From Alphaproteobacteria bacterium (lineage in GTDB: Bacteria > Pseudomonadota > Alphaproteobacteria > DATDPM01), in assembly GCA_041498815.1 (NCBI GenBank), contig JBGQJC010000001.1, positions 49,773 through 113,772 of the forward strand: a stretch of DNA of 64,000 nucleotides, written 5' to 3'. Positions 55,773-63,512 of this stretch are shown here, one piece after another. The position numbers and the translations under genes are program-made. Numbering within the stretch: position 1 is the stretch's first letter; each line of letters opens with the position of its first letter. The notes below the pieces were generated by a model. That model was not told where the DNA came from. It ran no database searches and saw only the letters and a program-made list of their open reading frames with translations.

Positions 55773-56135
55773 ATGACGCGCTTTCGTTTCCTGTGGATCG
55801 CTTTCGTTCTCGCGGGCTGCTACCCCGGTCCCGAAAATCCGCCCGATTACGGGCCTTATCCCGACGGTTACGAGTCCATCGTCACGACCTGGATCCAGGG
55901 GCATGTCTTCAACGCGCCGACCGTCAAGGATGTTTCGATGACCAAGCCGGTCCAGGACCAGCTTTGGGTCGGCAAGCTTTATGGCGGCTTCGCTTACGGA
56001 TACAAGACCTGCCTTTCTTACGACGTTCAGGATCGCGACGGCCGTTACAAGGGCATCGCGCAATACACCGTGCTTTTGAAAGACGGCGCCGTCGCCCACG
56101 CCGGCGTTTACGATCTCGTCAACGAGGGGTGTTAG
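55773..56135 (+). CDS. lipoprotein whose 3' end is the source of a direct-repeat family
   Basis: Lipobox VLAGC. The C-terminus ...AGVYDLVNEGC is encoded by the repeat core. Confidence 0.7.
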   Translation: MTRFRFLWIAFVLAGCYPGPENPPDYGPYPDGYESIVTTWIQGHVFNAPTVKDVSMTKPVQDQLWVGKLYGGFAYGYKTCLSYDVQDRDGRYKGIAQYTVLLKDGAVAHAGVYDLVNEGC

Positions 56136-56140
56136 GGGGG
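56101..56140 (+). repeat. direct repeat copy A (core GGCGTTTACGATCTCGTCAACGAGGGGTGTTAGGG, gene 3' end plus stop)
   Basis: The same core recurs at 57608-57643, 59260-59294 and 60991-61018. Confidence 0.8.
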
Positions 56141-56188
56141 GCGCGGCAAAAAGCGCGCGCCTCGCCCCGTAGAAGGAAGGAGAATATC

Positions 56189-56470
56189 ATGACCCTCCCA
56201 ACAGTTAAGGCGGCGAGCGGCTTGATCAATATCGTGGCCTTAGGGTGGGCTCTTTCGGCGGCGCTTGTCGTCTTGTATGTAATTTGTGCGCTGGCCGGGA
56301 TGATATTTCCGGAGGCCCCGCTCACCCACGGATGGTTGAGTCTCTTCTCAACCGCACCGCTCGGTACCCTGAAGAGCTTCGTCGACGGCATCGTTGGCAG
56401 TATCGGGTTTGCCTGGGTGACGGCCTTTGTTCTTGGGTTGGTATACAATCGCCTCGCCTCGCGCGGATGA
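56189..56470 (+). CDS. small membrane protein (93 aa, hypothetical)
   Basis: Shine-Dalgarno gaaggaaggag and 2-3 TM helices. It is the first gene after repeat copy A. Confidence 0.5.
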   Translation: MTLPTVKAASGLINIVALGWALSAALVVLYVICALAGMIFPEAPLTHGWLSLFSTAPLGTLKSFVDGIVGSIGFAWVTAFVLGLVYNRLASRG

Positions 56471-56643
56471 CAGAAAAACGGCGTTCAGCCAAAGTTTCCG
56501 CCCGAACCCGTCCACCTTCCTGGCGGCGTGGTGGCCGCCGCCATGCCGTTCGATGAGGACTCGGGCCGAGCGGTAATGTCACGGTCGTGCGGCCGGCCGC
56601 ATGGGCGCGATACGATCGACGCCGAAGTGGAGGAACGCGGGGC

Positions 56644-56868
56644 ATGAATGATCGATCCCAAACGCCCTGGTGGCGCACCAAGGCCGGGCTCGTATTCTGC
56701 GGCTTCCTGGCGGTCGCGGGCTTCTTCCTGATCACCGAGCACACCGCGCATGTCTTCGGTGCTTTGCCCTATCTGCTCCTTGCCGCATGTCCTTTGATGC
56801 ACCTCTTCATGCACCACGGGCACAGCGGCCGCCATCACGGCGGCGATGACGAGCATCGGCCGCGATGA
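56644..56868 (+). CDS. DUF2933 family small protein (His/Cys-rich metal-binding-like)
   Basis: A TM helix plus CPLMHLFMHHGHSGRHHGGDDEH. Confidence 0.6.
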   Translation: MNDRSQTPWWRTKAGLVFCGFLAVAGFFLITEHTAHVFGALPYLLLAACPLMHLFMHHGHSGRHHGGDDEHRPR

Positions 56869-57497
56869 ACGGTACGCCGGCCTATGGCCTGTGGTCGCTC
56901 GCCGCCATCAATTCGGCCGTGTTCATCATCTTTGCGTACAGCTTTACGAAGCCGCGGACGAACAGGGACTGGCGCTCGTTCGGCGCGTTCAGCGCCTTCA
57001 TCGTCGCGCTCTTTTCGGAGATGTACGGCTTTCCGTTGACGATTTACTTCCTCTCCGGTTGGCTGCAGAGCCGTTATCCTCAGGTCGATTGGTTTTCGCA
57101 CGACGCCGGCCACCTATTGGAGGAACTATTCGGCTGGAACGTTAATCCGCACTTCGGGCCATTCCATATCCTGAGCTTCATCTTCATCGGGGGTGGCTTC
57201 ATCTTGCTTGCGGCGGCGTGGCGCGTTCTCTATGACGCGCAGCGGCAGCATCGTCTCGCGGTAGCCGGCCCGTACGCATATGCGCGGCACCCGCAATATG
57301 TGGGCTTTGTCGCCATCATGTTCGGGTTCCTCCTGCAATGGCCGACGATCCTCACATTGGCGATGTTCCCGCTGCTGGTGTTCATGTACGTGCGCTTGGC
57401 GGTCGCCGAAGAGCATGACGCGCGGCGCGAATTCGGCGAGGCCTACGAGCGGTACGCCGCGGTAACACCACGGTGGGTGCCGCGCCTCGGCGGATAA
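56865..57497 (+). CDS. ICMT/PEMT-like membrane methyltransferase family protein
   Basis: GPYAYARHPQYVG plus a C-terminal EE..L...FGE.Y block. Its start overlaps the DUF2933 stop (ATGA). Confidence 0.75.
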   Translation: MNGTPAYGLWSLAAINSAVFIIFAYSFTKPRTNRDWRSFGAFSAFIVALFSEMYGFPLTIYFLSGWLQSRYPQVDWFSHDAGHLLEELFGWNVNPHFGPFHILSFIFIGGGFILLAAAWRVLYDAQRQHRLAVAGPYAYARHPQYVGFVAIMFGFLLQWPTILTLAMFPLLVFMYVRLAVAEEHDARREFGEAYERYAAVTPRWVPRLGG

Positions 57498-57563
57498 TGC
57501 TCGGCTTACAGCGGCATCCCGTCAAAAATTTTCATTGGGTCATGGGCTTCGCGGCGACCGCGG

Positions 57564-57655
57564 GGGCAATACACCGTGCTATTGAAGGACGGCGCCGTCG
57601 CTAGAGCCGGCGTTTACGATCTCGTCAACGAGGGATGTTGAGGGGGCGCGGCAAC
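57564..57655 (+). repeat. direct repeat copy B (about 90 bp duplicate of the lipoprotein gene 3' end, including stop)
   Basis: About 90% identical to 56061-56150. It encodes ...AIEGRRRR.AGVYDLVNEGC stop. Confidence 0.8.
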
Positions 57656-57795
57656 CGCTGGGCTTAAGAAACTCCGCTCTACAATCCTGTTGCCGACGAT
57701 ATTACCTATCACTTTAGTCCATTCGCGGCCGGGGCCGGCGGGTGGTCAACCGCACCGTCCAGAACGCCGAGCGCCCGGCCATAAGGGAGGCGGCC

Positions 57796-58230
57796 ATGCA
57801 TGTGGCGCAGATACTGAAGGCCAAGGGAGACCGCGTTGAAACCGTCGGCGAGACGGTGAGTATTGCCAAGGTGTCGCAAATGCTTCGGGAAAAGCGGATC
57901 GGTGCCGTGGTCGTCACCGGCGGCGATGGAGCCGTGTCCGGCATCCTCTCCGAGAAGGAAATCGTCCATGGTCTCGCCGCTTACGGGACCGCCCTGCTCG
58001 GAATGACGGCGGCGCAGATCATGAATCGGGAGGTCGTAACCTGCACGCCCGAATCCCGTGTCGAGGAGCTGATGCGCGAGATGACGACGCGCCGCGCCCG
58101 GCATCTGCCGGTCATCCATCAAGGCGCGCTCGCCGGCATCGTCAGCATCGGCGACGTCGTCAAGTGGCGGCTCGACGAACTCCAGTCCGAGGCCCAAAGC
58201 TTGCGGGATTACGTGACCGGATCGCGCTGA
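57796..58230 (+). CDS. CBS domain pair protein (alternative start at 57742)
   Basis: Shine-Dalgarno aagggagg. Tandem CBS motifs (IGAVVVTGGDGAVSGILSEKE ... HLPVIHQGALAGIVSIGD). Confidence 0.7.
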   Translation: MHVAQILKAKGDRVETVGETVSIAKVSQMLREKRIGAVVVTGGDGAVSGILSEKEIVHGLAAYGTALLGMTAAQIMNREVVTCTPESRVEELMREMTTRRARHLPVIHQGALAGIVSIGDVVKWRLDELQSEAQSLRDYVTGSR

Positions 58231-58339
58231 CGTAAACGCGGCGGTTTAGGCGATGCGGGTTTTTGGCGCGGATTCCGGGACGGAGGCGAGGTGGCGGGCC
58301 CGAAGACCCGCCACTTCGTTGAGCTTCAAGTCTTGCGCG

Positions 58340-58621
58340 TCACTTCGTCGGCGCCGGCGCCGGCGCCGGTGCGCACGCCTTTAGCGTCGTGGAGTACACC
58401 ATGCCCGTCGGGCAAGTCGGTGTTGGCGCCGTAGTAGTAGGAGCGGGAGCAGCAGTAGGAGGGGGGGCGGGCACGCATGCTTTTTTGGTCGCGTCCCACA
58501 CCAAGAGCGGGGGGCACGCAGGAACAGGAGCGGCTTTAGTCTGAGCGTATGCGGCCATCGGAGCCGAGACAGCGAGCAGAAGGCCAGCAAGAGCTGCGCC
58601 TGTAATGATTTTAAACAACAT
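58340..58621 (-). CDS. small secreted Pro/Ala/Thr-rich protein with four Cys
   Basis: A signal peptide, then APVPACPPLL..KKACVPAPPP...CPTGMVYSTTLKACAPAPAP. Confidence 0.45.
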   Translation of the reverse strand: MLFKIITGAALAGLLLAVSAPMAAYAQTKAAPVPACPPLLVWDATKKACVPAPPPTAAPAPTTTAPTPTCPTGMVYSTTLKACAPAPAPAPTK

Positions 58622-58884
58622 CTGGAACTCCTTTTTTTGACTTACTTAGTCGCCATGCGATAATTGTATTACATTTATCATTTGTCACAAAGATTCCTCG
58701 ACGGTGACCCGAGACCCTCGTTTTCCTCCAGATTTGAGTAGAGTCCGTGACTCCAGGAAGGAGACGGACGAGGCGTAAGTCGAGGTTCACGCTGACATGC
58801 CGCGACCGGTAGACGATGGCGGCTTTCGGTCCGGAAGCGGAAGCTCGCGCGCTGCTGTCAGTCCGGATTTATGGGTTCACGGAT

Positions 58885-59187
58885 TCAGCGCCGCCGATTT
58901 ACGTTGTTTTTCCATTCGCGCCGGCCCCTGCGGATGAGCCGGACAATCCAGCGCTTGAGCGGCGGCACGTCGTCGGCCAGAAGCAGAAGGCCCAAGGGAA
59001 TCATCCAAATTCCGAGAACGGGCAGGAATCCGAAAATCCCGCCAATAATGAAAACGACGGCGGCCGGCAGGCGCACCCATCGGCCGGCGGGCGCGCGCAG
59101 CCAATGCACGGCGCCGCGCAGCCGCACCGGCAACGTATCGATCATGTGCCGGATATAGCGCTCGCGGCGCTCGTGACTCGGGCTCAT
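58885..59187 (-). CDS. PGPGW/YbaN-like small membrane protein
   Basis: A basic N-terminus, then IIGGIFGFLPVLGIWMIPLGLLLLADDVP. Confidence 0.45.
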   Translation of the reverse strand: MSPSHERRERYIRHMIDTLPVRLRGAVHWLRAPAGRWVRLPAAVVFIIGGIFGFLPVLGIWMIPLGLLLLADDVPPLKRWIVRLIRRGRREWKNNVNRRR

Positions 59188-59257
59188 GGCGACATCCGCG
59201 GGCGATCATGCAATTGCATGGTTTCGGTGTCAGGAGATTCAAAATCGAATGGTGAGC

Positions 59258-59296
59258 CTGGCGTCTACGATCTCGTCAACGAGGGGTGTTAGGGCG
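59258..59296 (+). repeat. direct repeat copy C
   Basis: ggcgtctacgatctcgtcaacgaggggtgttaggg. Confidence 0.8.
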
Positions 59297-59315
59297 GCGG
59301 GCAACGGCGGGTAAT

Positions 59316-59690
59316 TTAACGACAACTCTCGATGTTGCCTCCCCGGTCTGCACCGCAAGCGGAGTTGCCAAAGACGGTGTTGTTATTGATCGTTGCGGAG
59401 GCGCAATCGGTTACTTCGACACTCCAGTACTGGCTGGTACCATTTCCGAGGTCTCTCCTGCACAGCGCTCTGGCGTATACTGCTCCTTCTTGCTGCTGGT
59501 TCGGAACAACCCCTTTTTGCGGCACGAGAGATAGGCGAAGGATATTCTTGTCCAGCACACTGTCGTCCCGAAGTGTGATCTCTGTCGAATTTTTCAGGAG
59601 AGCGAGTCGCGCCTGATCATTCGAGTCAAGGTTGCACCCGGTGAGAGACAAGACCATAAAGAGAACACCGAAGCATTGAGTCTTTATCAT
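59316..59690 (-). CDS. lipoprotein (hypothetical), AT-richer
   Basis: Lipobox LSLTGC and four Cys. Confidence 0.55.
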   Translation of the reverse strand: MIKTQCFGVLFMVLSLTGCNLDSNDQARLALLKNSTEITLRDDSVLDKNILRLSLVPQKGVVPNQQQEGAVYARALCRRDLGNGTSQYWSVEVTDCASATINNNTVFGNSACGADRGGNIESCR

Positions 59691-59763
59691 TTTTATCCTC
59701 GCTTTTTTGCCGTGTTCTGATTTGCCAGGAGAGGACTATTCTTGCCCAATTGGAGGCCAGTAA

Positions 59764-59913
59764 CATGTCCCGCCATGAAATCGTGTTGGGCAGGAAAAGC
59801 AAACCGCTATGGAGTGCCGCTCGGTCAGTCGCCCCGAGCGCATGGGATTTAGGCCGGTATTCCACTGGGGCGCACAAGGTCCCGAGGACGTCGAAATCGT
59901 GGATTACCACTGA
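59764..59913 (+). pseudogene. 5'-truncated higB-like toxin remnant (only the C-terminal ~25-50 codons retained)
   Basis: A frame ending in TGA at 59911-13 reads ...MGFRPVFHWGAQGPEDVEIVDYH, which is the characteristic HigB/RelE-family C-terminus. A stop lies at 59761 and no room remains for the N-terminal two thirds. Confidence 0.45.
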
Positions 59914-59938
59914 CGGTTTCTTGTCGAGGACAACAGCC

Positions 59939-60232
59939 ATGCCAAGCCCCAAGCCCATCCACCCCGGTGTCGTTCTCAAAGAGGACGTGATGGACGAGCT
60001 CAAGCTCAGTGCCAACGCCTTGGCGCTGGAGCTGCACGTACCCGCGAACAGGATCACCGGGATCGTCAATGGCGAGCGCGCCATCACGCTGGAGACGGCG
60101 CTGCGATTGGAGCGCTATCTCGGCGCCTCGGCCGACTTCTGGCTGAACCTTCAGAGCCGGTACGAATTGGAGGCCGCTTCGGGGCTGCGCCGGCGCGTGA
60201 AGCGCGAGGTCCGGCCGCGGAAGATGGCTTGA
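59939..60232 (+). CDS. higA: HigA-family antitoxin (XRE-type HTH)
   Basis: MPSPKPIHPGVVLKEDVMDELKLSANALALELHVPANRITGIVNGERAITLETALRLERYLGASADFWLNLQSRYELE. Confidence 0.8.
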   Translation: MPSPKPIHPGVVLKEDVMDELKLSANALALELHVPANRITGIVNGERAITLETALRLERYLGASADFWLNLQSRYELEAASGLRRRVKREVRPRKMA

Positions 60233-60366
60233 GAGGCGCGGGACGGAGGCGCGGGCCAAAAGAGAGCGATCTCTATTAGGGCGATTCTTGAACGGAGGCG
60301 CGGGCGAAAGTAGGCCGTGGCGATTAAGGTGGCACAGATTGTGGGGATGCCTGAAATTTCACGCTC

Positions 60367-60843
60367 TTAGAATTGCCTTTGTGCAAGGCCTTTCCTTATG
60401 CGTTTAAGGCGGCGCGTTTGCTCACTTTGAATCTTCTTCAGCACCTTCGTGAGATCAGCGTCACGATGGAACTGCCCGCTTACTGAATTCCCAGGAGGAC
60501 GTGCGACACGCAGCAGTATGGACTCGATGTCCTTGAGATAACGAACTCGACCCACGCGGAAGATCGCGAAGCTGTCCCATTTGGCCCGGTGTTTGTTCTT
60601 TGTATGACCCAGGAGTCTCCAATACAGGTTTTTCGCTAGGCCGACGTAGTAGAGGGTTTTACGCCTGTAGAGAAGATAAATGCCTGAATACCCCCGCGTG
60701 ATTTCTTCAAGTCCGTGTTTGAAGGTTGGTTCGTAAAGAAGATCGATCGGAAGCCGCGCCGATACGCCCTTCACCAAGGCGCCCTTGCTCGAACCTTTCT
60801 TGATCTTGCGGTGCGTACGGAATCGTTGCCGTTTCTTTGGCAT
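60367..60843 (-). CDS. GIY-YIG nuclease family protein
   Basis: GIYLLYRRKTLYYVGLAKNLYWRLLGH (GIY ... YVG ... R) with a basic N-terminus. AT-richer. Confidence 0.7.
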   Translation of the reverse strand: MPKKRQRFRTHRKIKKGSSKGALVKGVSARLPIDLLYEPTFKHGLEEITRGYSGIYLLYRRKTLYYVGLAKNLYWRLLGHTKNKHRAKWDSFAIFRVGRVRYLKDIESILLRVARPPGNSVSGQFHRDADLTKVLKKIQSEQTRRLKRIRKGLAQRQF

Positions 60844-60989
60844 AGGCACCCACTGAAGAGGTCTAACTTCGGCCCCGTGATATTGTAACGATGCGGCAAG
60901 CGTTGGGCTAGTCCAGCATACTACGGTGGGCGAGCGCTTGGTCCGTTTTGGACGCCGCCACGAGCCGGAAAGATTTGGCGCCATAGCTC

Positions 60990-61018
60990 GCGCCGGCGTC
61001 TATGATCTCGTCAACGAG
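60990..61018 (+). repeat. direct repeat copy D (shortest; 28 bp core) fused to the start of the next gene
   Basis: gccggcgtctatgatctcgtcaacgagg followed immediately by tacgaATG. Confidence 0.7.
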
Positions 61019-61024
61019 GTACGA

Positions 61025-61309
61025 ATGAAGACTTTGATCTACATCCTTGCCGTGACTGTATTGGTTGGCTGTGCAGGGGGTCCCGTTGGTTGGGGGGGCA
61101 CTGATGAGGTGCTTTTTTCCGACAAGGATACGATTAAGATTCAATGGGACAACACGGTAACTAGTGAAGACGCCGTACGTCAGAAGGCGATAGCTCACTG
61201 TGCAAGGACGAACCGCGGGGCTCAAGTCGTTGATGCAACGTCTGACCCATTTACCTTTGGGTTGATTCAATCGAAGACATGGAAATGCACTGAGTTGCAC
61301 GCTAACTAA
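61025..61309 (+). CDS. lipoprotein (hypothetical, 94 aa)
   Basis: Lipobox LVGCAG. Its Shine-Dalgarno is supplied by the repeat core (GAGG). Confidence 0.55.
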   Translation: MKTLIYILAVTVLVGCAGGPVGWGGTDEVLFSDKDTIKIQWDNTVTSEDAVRQKAIAHCARTNRGAQVVDATSDPFTFGLIQSKTWKCTELHAN

Positions 61310-61339
61310 CCGACCAAACGGCCGCTAAAATAGAAGATT

Positions 61340-61393
61340 TGGTGAGCCCGGAAGAAGTCGAGCCCGCGGCCCTCTGATTAAAAGTCAGATGCT
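61340..61393 (-). repeat. partial duplicate of the tRNA-Lys 3' two-thirds (att-like)
   Basis: tggtgagccc plus a diverged T-arm plus ggccctctgattaaaagtcagatgct, matching 61926-61979 of the intact gene. Confidence 0.7.
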
Positions 61394-61894
61394 TTAGTGT
61401 GCCAATACCTTGGCGATGCAGAAAGCTCCTGCGATGAAAAAACCAAACGACGCAAACGCAAAAATGATCATTGCAATAGCAGTGCCTCTCGTAGCGTGTG
61501 CTAACCAGTTAAGTGGCTTGAGTTTGTCAGCGTCCGTCGAAACCTCGGCGAGAGCACGCACGTTTTTAAACGTGACGAAGCTTTGATGGAAATAAGCCAC
61601 GAGGCCTGCAAAACCAGCAAGAATTACACCCCATAAGAACGGGCGCATGCCTTGTAGGACTTGCGACAATACATTTTCTTTCCCGGCTTTGTCCCAAAGC
61701 TGACCTACGAATGCGAGCAGCGCAATGACTGCGCCTGCATTGAGCACTACGGCTGTGCGTAGGGCGACTAGGCCGATCTCGCCAGCCATGCGGTCACTAT
61801 GTAACTGGGACTCAAATCGGGCCTGCCAGTGTTGCTCCTGGCGGCGGAGAGTGGCTCGATAACGCTCAAGTTCTTTTTCTTCGTCGAGTGTCAC
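61394..61894 (-). CDS. membrane protein (hypothetical), AT-richer, between the partial and intact tRNA-Lys
   Basis: 166 aa with three C-terminal TM helices. Confidence 0.5.
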   Translation of the reverse strand: MTLDEEKELERYRATLRRQEQHWQARFESQLHSDRMAGEIGLVALRTAVVLNAGAVIALLAFVGQLWDKAGKENVLSQVLQGMRPFLWGVILAGFAGLVAYFHQSFVTFKNVRALAEVSTDADKLKPLNWLAHATRGTAIAMIIFAFASFGFFIAGAFCIAKVLAH

Positions 61895-61925
61895 CGATAA
61901 TCCACGCGGCTAGTGATTAGCGCTT

Positions 61926-62000
61926 TGGTGAGCCCGCCGGGGATCGAACCCGGGGCCCTCTGATTAAAAGTCAGATGCTCTACCGCTGAGCTACGGGCTC
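61926..62000 (-). tRNA. tRNA-Lys (anticodon UUU), 75 nt with encoded CCA
   Basis: The reverse complement gives the acceptor GAGCCCG/CGGGCTC, the D-arm GCTCAGCGGTAGAGC, the anticodon loop CTTTTAA and the T-arm CCGGGTTCGATCCCCGG. Confidence 0.9.
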
Positions 62001-62129
62001 ACTGGGGCGGGAAGATAGGCTTGCCGGCGCGGTTTATCAATCGAGCCGCCCGCAGGCGGCCGACCACCGCACTCTATTACAAGCAGCCCGTTGCGGCGCT
62101 GATGCTTCTTATCGCGCGGCGGGTTGAAG

Positions 62130-62321
62130 CTATCCGCTGTCGCGGATTCGGCCGTCGGGACGGTGCGTCACGACCTCAACATGCTCGCGGCGGGCGGTTT
62201 CGCGTGCGGCGTCATACGCCTCGGTCTGGGTATCGAAATTCCGGCTTACCCGGTCGGCACCCTCGCGGCGAGTTGCCCAGTTATCCCCGTGCGTCACGAC
62301 ATGAATGTCTGTTTTGGACAT
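62130..62321 (-). CDS. DUF2188 domain protein (63 aa)
   Basis: MSKTDIHVVTHGDNWATRREGADRVSRNFDTQTEAYDAARETARREHVEVVTHRPDGRIRDS. Confidence 0.65.
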   Translation of the reverse strand: MSKTDIHVVTHGDNWATRREGADRVSRNFDTQTEAYDAARETARREHVEVVTHRPDGRIRDSG

Positions 62322-62547
62322 GAAACGCCCTCGTTTCACAATGGCGGGCCCATTGCCCACCTTTGTATCGATAGGGACATAAACTGGCCAAAAAATCAAG
62401 GTATTGTTAGTTAGCGTTAAACAAACACCACATACAGAGGGCCGGGCGCCCGCCCCGGCGGGGCCGAAATGCTAATATGAGTCGGTTGAACTTGGCGGCT
62501 TGCCAAGGGCTTTGCCGCGGCCCGGCAGAGCATTTGGCCAAGGGGGC

Positions 62548-62979
62548 CGGATGCCGCATCGAACGAAGCTTCTCGACGATTTGGGAGTCGTGGTCGTCCG
62601 GTTTCGGGACGGCGTCACCTTCGTCGACGTCAAGACCGCGATGGACGAGGTGCCGGCGATGCCCGGGTTCCGGGAGGGACTGAAGGCGGTCGCCGATTTC
62701 CGGGATTGCACCACGGCCCTGCGCGGGGCGGAGGTGAAGAAGCTTGCGGATTACGCCAAACGCGCCGATCCGGCTTGGGGCGAAACCAGATGGGCGCTGC
62801 TGGCCGCAAGCGACATCATTTACGGGTTGTCCCGCATGTATATGGTTTATACGGCGGGATACAAGGTGACGAGCCATGCATTCCGGACCGCCGGGGACGC
62901 CAACGACTGGCTCGGCATCGGCGTCGACGTGGACGATATCTTGAAGCGGGCGGGCAACAAAATCCCGGAAAACTCCTAG
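62548..62979 (+). CDS. hypothetical protein
   Basis: Clean ATG and balanced composition. Its stop overlaps the convergent coaD stop. Confidence 0.4.
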   Translation, partial: RMPHRTKLLDDLGVVVVRFRDGVTFVDVKTAMDEVPAMPGFREGLKAVADFRDCTTALRGAEVKKLADYAKRADPAWGETRWALLAASDIIYGLSRMYMVYTAGYKVTSHAFRTAGDANDWLGIGVDVDDILKRAGNKIPENS

Positions 62980-63512
62980 ACCGCCTTGGGCTGTTTGGCG
63001 GAGGGGGTTTCCTCGCGGCCGAAGCGGCGCATCAAATGATTGGCGACGCGGGGACTGACGAATTGGGAGACGTCGCCGCCCAAGCGCGCGACCTCCTTCA
63101 CCAGCTTGGCGGAGATGAACTGGTGCTTGTCGGAGGCCATGAGGAACACGGTTTCGATCTCCGGGTCCATGCGGGCGTTCATGCCGGCCATCTGGAATTC
63201 GAATTCGAAATCGGAAACCGCGCGCAGGCCCCGGATGACCACCGACGCGCCCATGTCGGCGGCGAAGGAGACGAGGAGCGTGTCGAAGCGGTGCACCTCC
63301 ACGGTTTTTCCATTGGAGTAGGCCCCGAACGCGAGCTCGTCCTGGATCATCTGGACGCGCTCTTCGACCTCGAAGAAGGGCGATTTGCCGTCGGAGACCG
63401 CGACCGCGACGATCAGGCGGTCGACGATGTGGGTGGCGCGCCGGATGATGTCGAGGTGGCCGTAGGTGACGGGATCGAAGGTGCCGGGATAGATGCCGGT
63501 CGGTTTCGTCAT
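62976..63512 (-). CDS. coaD: phosphopantetheine adenylyltransferase
   Basis: GIYPGTFDPVTYGHLDII (the HxGH-type nucleotidyltransferase motif). Confidence 0.9.
   Translation of the reverse strand: MTKPTGIYPGTFDPVTYGHLDIIRRATHIVDRLIVAVAVSDGKSPFFEVEERVQMIQDELAFGAYSNGKTVEVHRFDTLLVSFAADMGASVVIRGLRAVSDFEFEFQMAGMNARMDPEIETVFLMASDKHQFISAKLVKEVARLGGDVSQFVSPRVANHLMRRFGREETPSAKQPKAV

Noticed and set aside
58816-59292. 158-aa ORF ending in VYDLVNEGC
   Set aside because: Only its last ~12 codons are conserved, and these are repeat core C. The remainder is antisense to the PGPGW-like gene and low-complexity. It is best explained as a repeat read-through, not a gene.
59640-59913. Full-length higB toxin
   Set aside because: The HigB frame has a stop at 59761, and the space upstream is occupied by the convergent lipoprotein gene. 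Only a C-terminal remnant exists.
56136-61925. Integrase, transposase or attC-type inverted repeats within the cassette region
   Set aside because: I searched all six frames of the track for tyrosine or serine recombinase and DDE hallmarks (R..H..R..Y, DDE spacing) and for 60-120-bp imperfect palindromes. None was found, so mobility must be inferred from the direct repeats alone.
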